Source: Ktedonosporobacter sp.
Lineage (GTDB): Bacteria; Chloroflexota; Ktedonobacteria; Ktedonobacterales; Ktedonobacteraceae
Direction of reading: 5' to 3'
NCBI GenBank assembly: GCA_035293765.1
Contig: DATGMF010000079.1
Coordinates: forward strand, 1 to 64,000
DNA: 64,000 bases
In this document: one piece after another, positions 1-10,399 of the stretch
How the letters are laid out: each line of letters begins with the position of its first letter
Position numbering within the stretch: position 1 is the first letter of the stretch
Program-made: the position numbers and the translations under genes
Notes under the pieces: generated by a model
Databases searched by the model: none
The model's input: the letters and a program-made list of their open reading frames with translations, nothing else
Told to the model about the DNA's origin: nothing

Positions 1-208
1 TATCTTGCGGGTGGCTGAGCAGGATTTCGATGACCACAATATGCCCGTGGTAGTAGCTGGCGATCAAGTGGCTCGTGCCGCCATGCCCCATATCCGCATC
101 CAGTTGCGAGAGCCGCCCATCGCCATAGTGCCATTGGTCGGCGGTGGCAGTCACGAACGGCAGAACCACCTGCTGACCCACGAGGAACAGCATGAGGCAG
201 AGCGCCAT
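1..208 (-). CDS. hypothetical protein, partial (runs off window start); hydrophobic N-terminus
   Basis: Minus-strand frame from ATG at 208 reads MALCLMLFLVGQQVVLPFVTATADQWHYGDGRLSQLDADMGHGG... with no stop before position 1. It is absent from the ORF track because there is no in-window stop. Confidence 0.3.
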   Translation of the reverse strand, partial: MALCLMLFLVGQQVVLPFVTATADQWHYGDGRLSQLDADMGHGGTSHLIASYYHGHIVVIEILLSHPQD

Positions 209-762
209 CCCAACTAGAAAGCTGCCCCACGGGTGCTGCTGGAGCAGAAACGGCGGCGTTGGTGCGGGCGTTGCCGCGTGCTGATCTTCCGTCTGGCGCA
301 CCTGCTGGCAGGAGTGGGACGGGTGCTGCTGGTCGGGGAGCGCCTGGGAGACGCGCGGGCGATTGGCGCGTGGAGGAACGGGTGAGCGGCCTTTAGGCGG
401 GATGAACCGGAACGGTTGGGTCGGAAACTCGGGCAGTACGCCGTCTTCACCCTCTTCGAGGTGCTCATTATCGCGCAGGGCATCATCATCGGCAGGGACA
501 GGTCGTTTGGTCTGTTGCATCATAGCACATCCTGCTTTCTTGCTTGCATGCTTGACACGGCCTGCCTGCTGTGGTATGAAGAAGGCAGACCGTTGGACAG
601 TGTATGGAAGTTTTACGAGAGACGGCCTACAACAACGACGGTTCATGCGCGTGGGTCTGTCTTGCTTGCAATGGGGACAGGCTCACGTTCTGCTTTCAGC
701 GGCCTCCTTTCTTATCAGTAAGTGGCTTTCATGATCAATTGCACTTGGTAAGCGGCCTCTTA

Positions 763-972
763 CTATCTGATATTAAGTCCTTCAATTTCCCAAGATTTGA
801 TTTCGCGTCCATAAGCTTTGCTGAGAGCATCTGCAATGGCCTTTGCAGTATCTGCTTGGATTAATGCCCCTCTCTCTGCTGCTGCTACGGACTGCCGCGC
901 TATCTGCGCCTCTTCTGCTAGCTTACTTACAGTCCAGCCGAGGTCAAGTCTATACTGACGTAAAGTTGCCAT
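763..972 (-). CDS. XRE-family helix-turn-helix transcriptional regulator (small)
   Basis: MATLRQYRLDLGWTVSKLAEEAQIARQSVAAAERG... matches HTH_3/XRE signature. The internal Met is the likely start; the track ORF is 5'-extended. Confidence 0.7.
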   Translation of the reverse strand: MATLRQYRLDLGWTVSKLAEEAQIARQSVAAAERGALIQADTAKAIADALSKAYGREIKSWEIEGLNIR

Positions 973-1779
973 AAATTCCTCCCACGAAAATAAGCGTCGC
1001 CGTAAGAGTACAAAAACTGGCAACTCCTGTCAATAAGTACTGATCCTGTAGAGAGTATACGAAAATTAACAACAATTGTCAAGTCTTAACGTAAGCTGTT
1101 GATATCACACGAAAGATAGCAACAGTGATAGCTAGCGAAGTTTGCTATTTCAGCAGAAGCAAAGCTTTACTGAGTGCTTGAACAGAACCGAAATAGTTTC
1201 TTTTTTACTTGTTCCCAAAGATTCGTCCAAGTCTATCGTATTTCTCTCTCATTGTAATCACTGGCTTTGAGGGAGTAGAGACGGTAGCCCTCGCAGTTTC
1301 TTTCCGTGCATGAGCAATCTCTTTGGTCAACATACATTGATGGTGTTTAGGGATGCAAACAAAGTGATAGGGTAATATGTAGGTGGCATGTTTGGTGTGT
1401 TGTACGTCCATACACCGCATTAGCACATGTGTTCTCACTGTCTGGAGAACCACGGCGGGCCGCCTTGCCCCTAGATGAATCGTAGGGTAAGGCGGCCCTT
1501 TCATGAACCTCTATCGCTCCGGTGGAGCGAAACAAATTTGCAAATCGAATTGCCCCAATAGCTTTCTATGTATGTCAAGAAATTTATTGGGTTTCTTAGA
1601 TATTGGTGTCCATTTTTATGTATTTTTAACGAAGCATGCTGTATAATCTATACTGAACAGTAAAGCATTTCTGGGCATATACAGTGCCTGGGTGCCAGTT
1701 CTAATGCGAGAGACTGTTGATAGGTAGCGGTAAGGGGCGATTGATGGGGAGGTAGCGCCACGCCGCAAGGAACGCTGGC

Positions 1780-2223
1780 ATGTTTATCGTAACTTCGTCG
1801 CCTTTTGCTGACCGTAAAGGAGCAGAACAGAGCATGGATGCATCTCTTTTGAGGACGAGTTTTGATCAGGTTGCACCCAACAAAGAAAAGTTTGCCGCAG
1901 CCTTCTATGATCGACTATTTGCCTCGTTCCCTGAGACGAAACAATTGTTCGCGAAGACCGACATGAGGAAGCAGCAGGCCACATTGATGGCAGCCATTGC
2001 TATGGTTGTATCAGGAGTGGAAAAAGGCGAGAATGTTGTTCCGGTGCTCCAAGAACTGGGCCAGCGCCACAAAACGTATGGCGTGACAGCAGAGCACTAT
2101 CCGCAAGTTGCGCAGGCGCTGTTGGAGACATTCAGCGAATTCCTGGGGCCTCAATGGACCCCTGAAGTGAAAGGCGCGTGGGTTGACGCTTATACAGTGA
2201 TTGCCAGCACAATGCAGGGGTAA
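1780..2223 (+). CDS. single-domain bacterial (3-on-3) globin, Vgb/flavohemoglobin-N-domain-like
   Basis: FYDRLFASFPETKQLFAKTDMRKQQATLMAAIAMVV...LGQRHKTYGVTAEHYPQVAQALLETFSEFLG aligns motif-for-motif with the Hmp/Vhb globin domain (FYDRMF..P..K..F, HxxxGVxxxHYxxV). Start may be the internal Met at 1834. Confidence 0.75.
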   Translation: MFIVTSSPFADRKGAEQSMDASLLRTSFDQVAPNKEKFAAAFYDRLFASFPETKQLFAKTDMRKQQATLMAAIAMVVSGVEKGENVVPVLQELGQRHKTYGVTAEHYPQVAQALLETFSEFLGPQWTPEVKGAWVDAYTVIASTMQG

Positions 2224-2347
2224 TAAAACAGACGCAGACACCATTACCGACGTTACTCTGTTTTTTATATCACCCTCGTTGTAGTGTCTCAATAAAGGAG
2301 CCGCGTTATGTGATTGCCTGCACATAATGCGGCTCCTTTATTTGCCA

Positions 2348-3484
2348 TCAGGTCACGATGGTTTTATCGTCATCCTCACCCAGTAGCGGCGGAGCCTTGT
2401 ACAGGCGAGCGGGCGTCTCTGACATGCGAATCGGGGAGCCTGCCAGGCGAATCTGACCTGCTGTGGGGTGCTCGCACTCCCATACCAGCCCTCGATCCAC
2501 GATTTGCGGATCGCGAAAAACCTGGCTGACCGGATTAATCGAGCCGCAGGGAATACCAGCGGCCCGCAGCGCCTCCAGCCACTCTGCGCTTTTGCGCTGC
2601 AAGAACTGTTCCTGGAGTTGTGGCACCAGCTCGTTGCGATGGCGAACCCGCTCAGGGTTGGTCGCAAAGCGGGGGTCCGCGATCAAATCTTCTCGTCTCA
2701 GCACGTTGCAGAAGGCGCGGTACAGACGATCATTGCCACAGGCCACCACGACGTAGCCATCCTGAGTGCGAAATGCCTGATATGGCACAATGTTGGGATG
2801 TCCATTGGCGTAGCGAATGGCCTCCTCCCCGGAGATAAGATGGTTGGCCGAAACGTTGCCGAGGAAGGCGACGGCGGATTCCAGCAGAGAAATATCGATA
2901 TACTGGCCCTTTCCGGTGCGGCGACGATAATTTAGCGCAGCCAGAATCGCAACGCAGCTATACATGCCTGCTGAAATGTCCGCCACTGGCACGCCGACGC
3001 GCTGCGGCTCCCCGTCGGCCTCGCCTGTCACCGCCATCAGGCCGGACTCAGCCTGGGCCACAAAATCGTAGCCGGGTCGCAGCGCATACGGGCCTGTCTG
3101 CCCGTAGCCGCTGATGGAGCAATAGATCAGGCCGGGGTTGATGGCGTGCACGTCTTCGTAACTCAATCCCTGTTTTGCCAGAGTGCCGGGACGAAAATTT
3201 TCCACCAGCACCGTCGCGCTTTTCAATAGTTCGAGCAGGCGCTGCTTCCCCTCAGGCGTGCTGAAATCGAGCGTAATGCTATATTTGTTGCGATTCAGGC
3301 CCAGATAATAGGCGCTTTCGCCTGCTGTGTAGGGGGGACCAAACTGGCGCGTATCATCTCCCTTGCCCGGCTGTTCAACTTTGATGACGGTCGCGCCCAG
3401 ATCCCCCAGGATCATCGTGCAGTAGGGACCGGCAAAGATACGCGAGAGATCGACAACGACAACATCCGAGAGAGCTGCTTCCAT
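2348..3484 (-). CDS. family III CoA-transferase (CaiB/BaiF family)
   Basis: VVDLSRIFAGPYCTMILGDLGATVIKVEQPGKGDDTR...GLNRNKYSITLD...GYDFVAQAESGLMAVTG are typical CoA_transf_3 motifs. Confidence 0.85.
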   Translation of the reverse strand: MEAALSDVVVVDLSRIFAGPYCTMILGDLGATVIKVEQPGKGDDTRQFGPPYTAGESAYYLGLNRNKYSITLDFSTPEGKQRLLELLKSATVLVENFRPGTLAKQGLSYEDVHAINPGLIYCSISGYGQTGPYALRPGYDFVAQAESGLMAVTGEADGEPQRVGVPVADISAGMYSCVAILAALNYRRRTGKGQYIDISLLESAVAFLGNVSANHLISGEEAIRYANGHPNIVPYQAFRTQDGYVVVACGNDRLYRAFCNVLRREDLIADPRFATNPERVRHRNELVPQLQEQFLQRKSAEWLEALRAAGIPCGSINPVSQVFRDPQIVDRGLVWECEHPTAGQIRLAGSPIRMSETPARLYKAPPLLGEDDDKTIVT

Positions 3485-3510
3485 TACACCTCCATAAAAT
3501 AGTACATCCC

Positions 3511-4656
3511 TTAATTTTTATCGTCAAAATGTTCTTCTAATATTATAGTTCGTATCTGGATAACAATCTCTCTCATATCCCCATTCAAATAGAGGCCCGG
3601 GAACTGGGGCAGCGTCTGTTTCTGCTGCAAAAGTGCCTGCCCGCCGAAAGCCAGAAGAGGGCGAGGTTCTGGCAAGAGTTGTATTTGCTGGCCTAGCTGG
3701 ATCAGCTCTGGTAGATAACTCGACATGGTCAGAGAAATGCAGATCATTGCAGGGGTTACCTGTTTGATAGTGTGAAGCAGTCCAGCAGCCTCGATGCTCT
3801 GGCCCAGATAAGCGACCCGGATGCCGTTCCTTCTCAAGAACAGCGTCAGCATTAACGCCGCCAGCTCGTGTTGCTCTCCTGGAGCGCAACAGGTAATCAC
3901 CAGCGGTCCGGTCAGCGGGCTTGGCGTAACACGGAGCAGATTCGTCAACAGGCCACGAAAGAAGTTGCTGGCGAAATGTTCGACCGAGACCGTCAGCTCT
4001 CCCTCTGACCAGAGCTGCCCGATCTGCCATAAGGTTGGCGTAATCAGATCGGTGCAAACCTGCTCAAGGGGATAGATTGCCAGCATTGAACTCATCAATA
4101 TGCCGGCGCCAGCCTCATCGAAATGTTGAAAAGCTTCGATGATGCGCCAGCGAGCGGCCCGCATATTATGCACGGTGGGGTAGCCGCTGGCGGACTGCTC
4201 AATATCGGCCAGGGTCCAGTGCGGCTCGGTGAGCGGCCCCACAGCACTTTTGACAGCGGTTTCTTGTAACTCTTCCTGGGTAGAAGAGGTCACAATCACC
4301 CGGGATGGCCCCTGACTCTCGACCGGGGAAGGCGCCGAGGGCAGCGCTTTGTCGCAGTCTGTCCGGCGCTGGTACTCTTCGTACATGTGGCGAAAAAGCG
4401 CAACGGCGTGGCTAATCGCCACGCCCGCATCGACCCGCTCCTTTAGCCAGCGGATCAGAGCAATATCGCGCTGTGAATACAGGCGGTAAGCATTGTTAGC
4501 GCGTTCAGGCGCGACCAGCTTATAACGGCGTTCCCATGCCCTCAGCGTCGGAGCAGGTACGCCTGTTTGTTGCACGACGGCTTTGGTATTGAATATCGGA
4601 GCATCTGAGTAATGCTCGAAATCAAGCCACTCGATAGCGTTCTCTTGTGTGGTCAT
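3511..4656 (-). CDS. MerR-family regulator with C-terminal cobalamin (B12)-binding domain (CarH/LitR-like light-responsive repressor)
   Basis: N-terminal MerR HTH (IFNTKAVVQQTGVPAPTLRAWERRYKLVAP..YRLYSQRDIALIRWLKERVDAGVAISHAV). The C-terminus has a B12-binding fold with ExHELG-like motif (APGEQHELAALMLTLFLRRNGIRVAYLGQSIEAAGLLHTIKQVTPAMICISLTMS). Confidence 0.75.
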   Translation of the reverse strand: MTTQENAIEWLDFEHYSDAPIFNTKAVVQQTGVPAPTLRAWERRYKLVAPERANNAYRLYSQRDIALIRWLKERVDAGVAISHAVALFRHMYEEYQRRTDCDKALPSAPSPVESQGPSRVIVTSSTQEELQETAVKSAVGPLTEPHWTLADIEQSASGYPTVHNMRAARWRIIEAFQHFDEAGAGILMSSMLAIYPLEQVCTDLITPTLWQIGQLWSEGELTVSVEHFASNFFRGLLTNLLRVTPSPLTGPLVITCCAPGEQHELAALMLTLFLRRNGIRVAYLGQSIEAAGLLHTIKQVTPAMICISLTMSSYLPELIQLGQQIQLLPEPRPLLAFGGQALLQQKQTLPQFPGLYLNGDMREIVIQIRTIILEEHFDDKN

Positions 4657-5198
4657 GAATGTTCTCCACTACTACTCTAGTATTGAGGAGATAATTGTGT
4701 GTACGATATTTGTCAACAGTAATACGGCTCAATAAGCAGAACTATTTTCGACATTTTTCATACAATAGCATATTTGCTAGCGACTGGTCCATGCTTTGTT
4801 CATACTTTGTCGCAAACTGACGCTGTTGGATACATTTAAGATGCAGGGTAGAAGAGCAATGGGTAATACATGTAAAAAAAAGTGGGAGGATGTAGTACTT
4901 CTAGGGGATAGAAGAGAGGGAGCGATAGGCTTGACAAAAGAGGGAATCATTGCTATCATGACGGGGCTACAGTATGCCCACAGAGGCCATTGAGGGTTTT
5001 GTGGTTGATCCCCTACGCTTCGAGGAAAAGCCAACACTGTATGCTATCTATTCAGTTCTGGTTAGCAACCCTTCACGAGATTGAGCCTGAATTGATCGTC
5101 CAGGGTGTGGAACTGTGCGCAAGGCGAGCCACCCATGCCTGCCACGTATCCATCTGGAACTATGCGTAGGGATTGAAGAAGGAGATATGTGAAAAGAC

Positions 5199-5705
5199 AT
5201 GTTTGCTGTAATTAAAAGCGGTGGGCGACAATACAAAGTTTCCGTCGGCGAGCGGCTGGAAGTGAACCGGTTGCCGGTCGAAGAGGGGGCGCAGGTCGAG
5301 ATCGGGGAAGTGCTGCTGATCTCGGATGCCGATCAGACCATGATCGGTGCCCCGTTCGTGGACAACGCAAAGGTGGTAGCCACGGTTGGCGGCCATCCGC
5401 GCGGCAAAAAACTCATTGTTTTCAAGTACAAGTCAAAGAAGCGCTATCGCCACCGTCGGGGGCATCGCCAGGAGCTAACCTTGCTGACCATTGATGATAT
5501 TATCGCGAATGGCAAGAGCCTGGTGACGGGCGAGGCTCCGCGGGCGAAGGAGGACCGGCTGGAGTTAGAAGAGGTAGCCGCCCCGGAGGCAACTACCGAG
5601 CCAGCAGAAGCGGCACAGGAAACTCCTGCTGCTGAGGGCGAGAAGAAGACGCGCCGACGCCGCAGCGCGAAGGCTGAAACAACTGAAAGCGGTACGGAGG
5701 AGTAA
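5199..5705 (+). CDS. rplU: 50S ribosomal protein L21 with ~65-aa acidic/lysine-rich C-terminal extension
   Basis: [41 protein letters not shown]...[36 protein letters not shown] is canonical L21. The remaining ~65 aa are a low-complexity tail. Confidence 0.9.
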   Translation: MFAVIKSGGRQYKVSVGERLEVNRLPVEEGAQVEIGEVLLISDADQTMIGAPFVDNAKVVATVGGHPRGKKLIVFKYKSKKRYRHRRGHRQELTLLTIDDIIANGKSLVTGEAPRAKEDRLELEEVAAPEATTEPAEAAQETPAAEGEKKTRRRRSAKAETTESGTEE

Positions 5706-5707
5706 TT

Positions 5708-6028
5708 ATGGCGCATAAAAAAGGAATGGGTAGCTCTCGCAATGGTCGAGATAGCAAACCCAAGATGCTCGGTGTCAAGCGTTACGACGGCCAGTTAGTG
5801 ACTGCCGGTAGCATTATTGTTCGCCAGCGCGGCACCAAAATCAAGCCTGGTAAGCATGTAGGCGTGGGCCGAGATCATACGCTGTACGCCTTGATCGACG
5901 GCTATGTCAAGTTTGGACATGCTTCACGCACGAATCGAGCGGTGAGCATTGTCACAGAATTCCCCGGGCGACCATCTATAGCCGAGTTGCTGGGGATCGA
6001 ACAGCCAGAAGCAGTTGCAGGATCGTAA
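5708..6028 (+). CDS. rpmA: 50S ribosomal protein L27 (with ~20-aa C-terminal extension)
   Basis: [69 protein letters not shown] is canonical L27. Its start is 3 nt after the rplU stop. Confidence 0.9.
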   Translation: MAHKKGMGSSRNGRDSKPKMLGVKRYDGQLVTAGSIIVRQRGTKIKPGKHVGVGRDHTLYALIDGYVKFGHASRTNRAVSIVTEFPGRPSIAELLGIEQPEAVAGS

Positions 6029-6096
6029 CTGCCAGATAAACAAGAGGGTCCATGCCGCCCGGCATGGACCCTCTTGCTGTACTAAAGCCGGAGAAG

Positions 6097-7599
6097 TTAT
6101 GGTCCTGTTGGTGGCTTTTGCTGAGGCCCGGGCTGGGCAGCGGGGCAGGTAATGTTCAACTGCTGGGTAGCGGCATCCACTGCGAAGGAGCAGCTTTGCC
6201 CATTAATGGTAGCCGTCCCGGCGCAGTTCGGAATGGCGGTACCATTGACGGCGCAAGCGGTAATCGCCGGCCCACCGCCGATGGATGCACCCTGAATCGT
6301 CGCGTCAATAGCCACGCCATTGGCATCGGTTGTAACGACGATGGGGCTATTTGCATTCAGAATGCCCTGGCAGTTCAGACCGCCGGTCGCGCCCCACGAA
6401 GTGTTGAAGCGCTGCGCAAGGAAGGTGAAGAGACTGTTGGCTGCGTTGGGATCGGGTGATGCTGCTGCTTTCGTGAGCGGGGCATCAAACATCAACCGTT
6501 CCGGTGCGATATTCATCAGGTTGGTGCAGTACGTTTTTGTGCTGGCATCGGCCATATTGCGCGCCACCGGCTGGTCAACGGAGCGGCGGTAATCATTGAC
6601 CTTCTGCAAGTTGGGTTTGCCGTTGACCTGGACCATCGGATCTCCAGCGGGAACCAGGGCGATGGGATTGGCCTGGAAAGCTGCGGCCTGCAATTCGTTG
6701 AGTGGTAAGGCAGGAACGTTGTGGCCTGGATCGGCAAGATCGGGAGCCGTCCAGGGAGTGCAGCCCAGCGCGCCATCCAGAGCCACGGCTAACAGGCGCT
6801 CATCGCTACCGTTAGCCTGAACGTTAGCGTTTTGGAGCTGAGCGGAATTAGCGGCAGTCATCTGTGCGGTTTGACCATTAGCAGTAACCAGATACGTTGT
6901 TGTGACGTTATCGCTCTGGTCCTGGTCAATGACACTAAAGTCGCGGGTGCTGGGGCAGGTAAGGCCATCTTTGCCCTTGCCCAGCGGGGGCACTACTAGC
7001 TTGCCTGCTTTGATGGCGGCATTAGCGGCAGCGAAGAAGGCAGGAGCGTTACAGGCGGAGAATTGTCCAAAGATAGAACCGTTAAGACCGTTGACACAGT
7101 GCGCTTCGCTCAGATTACTATCGGTGCCCAGCAGCGAGAGCGTATTGCCATTAGAGCCGAACCAGAGCGCAACCACCGCGTTGGCGGGCAGCTTTGGCGC
7201 TGTCGGGGCAATGGCTGGCTGCGAACCTTGATCGATTACCAGCGGATTGTAAATAGAAATCTGGCCGGTAGCAGGATCAATGATTGCGCCCTGGACGAAG
7301 GCGGACTGGCCGGCATTGGCCTCGTTACATGGCCCATTGGCGGGATCTGTGGCTGTTAGCTGGTAAGGCGTCGCCAGCCCTTGCGCTGTCAGTGGCTGTG
7401 ATGGTAGGATCAAAGTACAATCGCCATTGACTCCTCCTGCTGCATGCGAGCCGAAGTGGGGACGCAGTATGAAGTAGGTGCCTGCCCCGAGGGCGATAAT
7501 CAGCGTTACTGCTGCGCCAATGAACATGAGCGGGGAGAAGCGTGGCCGTCTTCGTGACGGCCTGATACTTGATGGAGTCGGTCGTGTAAGCGTCTGCAT
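6097..7599 (-). CDS. hypothetical secreted / membrane-anchored protein (Ala/Asn/Gly/Thr-rich)
   Basis: 500-aa ORF. N-terminal Arg-rich segment is followed by a TM/signal helix (LMFIGAAVTLIIALGAGTYFIL). I recognise no catalytic motif. Confidence 0.5.
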   Translation of the reverse strand: MQTLTRPTPSSIRPSRRRPRFSPLMFIGAAVTLIIALGAGTYFILRPHFGSHAAGGVNGDCTLILPSQPLTAQGLATPYQLTATDPANGPCNEANAGQSAFVQGAIIDPATGQISIYNPLVIDQGSQPAIAPTAPKLPANAVVALWFGSNGNTLSLLGTDSNLSEAHCVNGLNGSIFGQFSACNAPAFFAAANAAIKAGKLVVPPLGKGKDGLTCPSTRDFSVIDQDQSDNVTTTYLVTANGQTAQMTAANSAQLQNANVQANGSDERLLAVALDGALGCTPWTAPDLADPGHNVPALPLNELQAAAFQANPIALVPAGDPMVQVNGKPNLQKVNDYRRSVDQPVARNMADASTKTYCTNLMNIAPERLMFDAPLTKAAASPDPNAANSLFTFLAQRFNTSWGATGGLNCQGILNANSPIVVTTDANGVAIDATIQGASIGGGPAITACAVNGTAIPNCAGTATINGQSCSFAVDAATQQLNITCPAAQPGPQQKPPTGP

Positions 7600-8228
7600 A
7601 CCAGAAACTCTCTTTCTTCCAGTCAGGTCCTTTTTGGGGTCAACTGGCCTGTATTTTTATGTAATGGGTGGGCTGAACCAGACCCCCCTGATTCAAAAAG
7701 CACTCACCCATGAGCTGGAATCCTTTTCCCGCTGCTGAAGCGGGTTGACTTGCTGCCGTAAGGGTAAGCATTTGCTCGATTTCTCATCTGCTACAGCGCA
7801 AGCTAGCCTGAAATATGAATGAGTAAAGTTCATCAGGCCCGACTATATACATAGAAAGAGTGGCAGTCACAGCGTGCAACGCGATGCGCTGTGAACTGAT
7901 ATGAGCTTTTTTGATACTTTTTGTGATATTGCTATCGATTGGGATAATACCATAGGTCTCGCGCATAGCTACGGATCTGATTAAAAGTTGGTAGGAAAGT
8001 ACTAACTTTCGGTTAAGATATTCACACTCCCCAGGTGTTCTCCCGGGGCCGTTTGACAAAGAGCATGAAGGGTTGAAATGCCGTGAAACGATCAGGGCAA
8101 AACTGCGTGTAGGTTAAGGAATGTGGAAATATTTTGTTTCTGCGTCCAGAGATGCTTATATTTGAGATATACTGTTAGAAGAGGCTTTCCCGACATGTTC
8201 CCGGCAACCCAGTCTGAAAGGATAACTC

Positions 8229-9797
8229 ATGCGAGCGATAATAAGTGTGGCTAACCGCGATGGGCTAACGCAGTTAGCAGGTGAGCTGCAAGCTCACAAT
8301 GTGACGATCTTCTCCACCAGCGGGACGCAGAGCTTTCTGGCGGCAGAGGGTATTCCAGCCGAGTCGGTGAGCGCGCTGACCCGGTTCCCCGCAATACTTG
8401 ACGGTCGCGTCAAAACGCTGCACCCGGCGATTCTCGGCGGTGTGCTGGCACGCCGCGATCTTCCCCGGCACGCGCAAGAACTTGCGGCTCACGAAATCGA
8501 GCCGATTGATATCGTGGTGGTGAATCTGTACCCCTTTGCCGCAACCGTGGCTCGTCCAGAAACGACGCTGACGGAGGCTCTGGAACAGATTGATATCGGT
8601 GGGGTGACGCTGGTGCGTGCCGCCGCCAAAAACTTCCAGGATGTGATTGTGCTGGTGCGTCCTGAGGATTATGCCCCTGTCATGCAAGAATGGCGCGAAC
8701 AGGGCGAGGTGAGCATAGAGACCCGTCGCCATCTGGCTGCTATCGCGTTTCAGCATACCGCTACCTACGATACGACCATCGCCGAGTATCTGCGCGGCCC
8801 GACTGGCGAGCTTTTCCCAGAAGAACTGACACTCCCATTAGAGCGCGTTCAGTCCCTACGCTATGGCGAAAATCCGCATCAGCAGGCGACATTTTATCGT
8901 TGGGGAGGCGTTACCAGGTCCTCAACCAGCCTGCCGACGGTCGCGGGCGCAGAGGTATTGCATGGCAAAGAGCTCTCCTTCAATAACCTGCTCGACCTGG
9001 ATGCAGCCCTCAGTGCTGTGCAGGATTTTACAGCTCCCACGGTTGCAATTATTAAGCACACTAACCCCTGCGGCTTGGCCTGCGATGATGTGCTGGTTGA
9101 GGCATATAAAAAGGCGCACGGCGGTGATCCCATCTCCGCCTATGGCGGCATCATCGGCTGCAACCGCCCCGTTGATGAAGCCGTCGCGCATGAGATCAGC
9201 CAGTTGTTCTATGAAGCGGTGATTGCTCCAGGGTTTACGCCCGAAGCTCTTGATATTTTACGCCGCAAGAAGAATCTGCGTCTGCTGGCGACCCGTTGTC
9301 CAATAGAGCCAAAGGCGGTCAGTACGCAGCTATTGCAAGCCGGGCGCCCCGATGTTCACGCTGTCAGCGGAGGGCTGCTTTTGCAAACCCCCGATGTGGA
9401 TGAGCGCGAGACCGAGTATAACGTGGTAACCGAGCGCGAACCCACGCTGGATGAAGTAACGGACCTGATGTTTGCCTGGAAGGTTGTGCGCTGCGTGAAG
9501 TCTAACGCGATTGTGCTGGCGCGCAAATTGACAGTGGTGGGGGTTGGAGCTGGACAGATGAACCGCGTCACCAGCGTTCACCTGGCGGTCTCGAAGGCCG
9601 GAGATCGCGCTCGCGGCTCCGTGCTGGCATCCGATGCCTACTTCCCCTTCGCCGACGGCGTCGAGACTGCCGCGAAGGCGGGCGTGACCGCGATTATTCA
9701 GCCAGGCGGCTCTATCCGCGACGAAGAGACGATCCGCATGGCGAACCAGCATGCCATCGCCATGATCTTCACCGGAAAGCGGCACTTCAGGCATTAA
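8229..9797 (+). CDS. purH: bifunctional AICAR transformylase / IMP cyclohydrolase
   Basis: N-terminal MGS-like domain (ISVANRDGL...IFSTSGT...GRVKTLHP..GG) and C-terminal AICARFT domain (VAIIKHTNPCG...AYGGII); 522 aa. Confidence 0.95.
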   Translation: MRAIISVANRDGLTQLAGELQAHNVTIFSTSGTQSFLAAEGIPAESVSALTRFPAILDGRVKTLHPAILGGVLARRDLPRHAQELAAHEIEPIDIVVVNLYPFAATVARPETTLTEALEQIDIGGVTLVRAAAKNFQDVIVLVRPEDYAPVMQEWREQGEVSIETRRHLAAIAFQHTATYDTTIAEYLRGPTGELFPEELTLPLERVQSLRYGENPHQQATFYRWGGVTRSSTSLPTVAGAEVLHGKELSFNNLLDLDAALSAVQDFTAPTVAIIKHTNPCGLACDDVLVEAYKKAHGGDPISAYGGIIGCNRPVDEAVAHEISQLFYEAVIAPGFTPEALDILRRKKNLRLLATRCPIEPKAVSTQLLQAGRPDVHAVSGGLLLQTPDVDERETEYNVVTEREPTLDEVTDLMFAWKVVRCVKSNAIVLARKLTVVGVGAGQMNRVTSVHLAVSKAGDRARGSVLASDAYFPFADGVETAAKAGVTAIIQPGGSIRDEETIRMANQHAIAMIFTGKRHFRH

Positions 9798-9820
9798 GAT
9801 ACTTCCCTAAAAATCACACA

Positions 9821-9860
9821 AAAGGAACAGGTTGTTTGTATAGAAGCAACCTGTTCCTTT
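9821..9860. terminator. 14-bp-stem hairpin between convergent purH and a membrane-protein gene (bidirectional terminator candidate)
   Basis: aaaggaacaggttg-(12 nt loop)-caacctgttccttt; a U-rich run follows on the minus-strand transcript. Confidence 0.5.
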
Positions 9861-9886
9861 TGCTGCTGTCTTAGCGTATATGCTGC

Positions 9887-10282
9887 TTAGCTTTGCGATA
9901 CGATAATCTCGTCGGAGAAGAAGCGTACCCAGAGGACGACAATTCCCAGACCGCCGATCAGGGCGAAGAAAGCGACGGCGCCGCCTGCGTCGTTTGCCGG
10001 GTCCTTGAAGGGATAGAAAATAATCAGGGAGAGCCAGCAGATGGTCAGCGCCGCTGTCAGGCTTAACTTGGTTGTCTCGGGGCTGGCCCGGTAGAGGATG
10101 TGGTAGAAAACGATGACCAGCAGGCCAATCAACACCACGACAAACTTGAAGTTGGTTGTGATAGAGCCATCGCCCACCCAGTCTATCACGAGCGTTGATT
10201 TAATAAATAAGAAGGTACACACCCACAGGATGGTGAGAACGACGCCTCCTATGACTTTACGCAGCTCTATAGGGCTATTCAC
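9887..10282 (-). CDS. hypothetical small integral membrane protein (4 predicted TM helices)
   Basis: 131 aa, very hydrophobic (VVLTILWVCTFLFI..., VVVLIGLLVIVFYHIL..., LTICWLSLIIFY..., LIGGLGIVVLWV). Confidence 0.45.
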   Translation of the reverse strand: MNSPIELRKVIGGVVLTILWVCTFLFIKSTLVIDWVGDGSITTNFKFVVVLIGLLVIVFYHILYRASPETTKLSLTAALTICWLSLIIFYPFKDPANDAGGAVAFFALIGGLGIVVLWVRFFSDEIIVSQS

Positions 10283-10399
10283 GGTATCAAGGCTCCTTTC
10301 AAGGAGGATATGTTAGCTGAAAAAAGGACTGGACAATACGCCTGTATGGTTTATTGTGCGTATTCGTATTGTAGTCTTAAAATCAACTTATGGCAAGAC

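Noticed and set aside
363-864. Plus-strand ORFs 363-734, 416-721, 604-864 and minus 214-489
   Set aside because: They overlap one another and have Arg/Ser/Gly-rich low-complexity translations with no RBS. They are probably non-coding, or are the antisense of the partial minus-strand gene at 1-208.
1205-1535. Small minus-strand ORFs and a GGCCGCCTT(G/A)CCCTA hairpin at ~1455-1500
   Set aside because: No motif support. The hairpin is followed by a T-tract only on the plus strand, where no upstream gene exists. A possible orphan sRNA terminator, but the evidence is too thin to call.
8060-8228. ZTP (pfl) or purine riboswitch upstream of purH
   Set aside because: I inspected the leader for the conserved CCGCCUGGGCA pseudoknot element and purine-riboswitch junction motifs. 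None is present.
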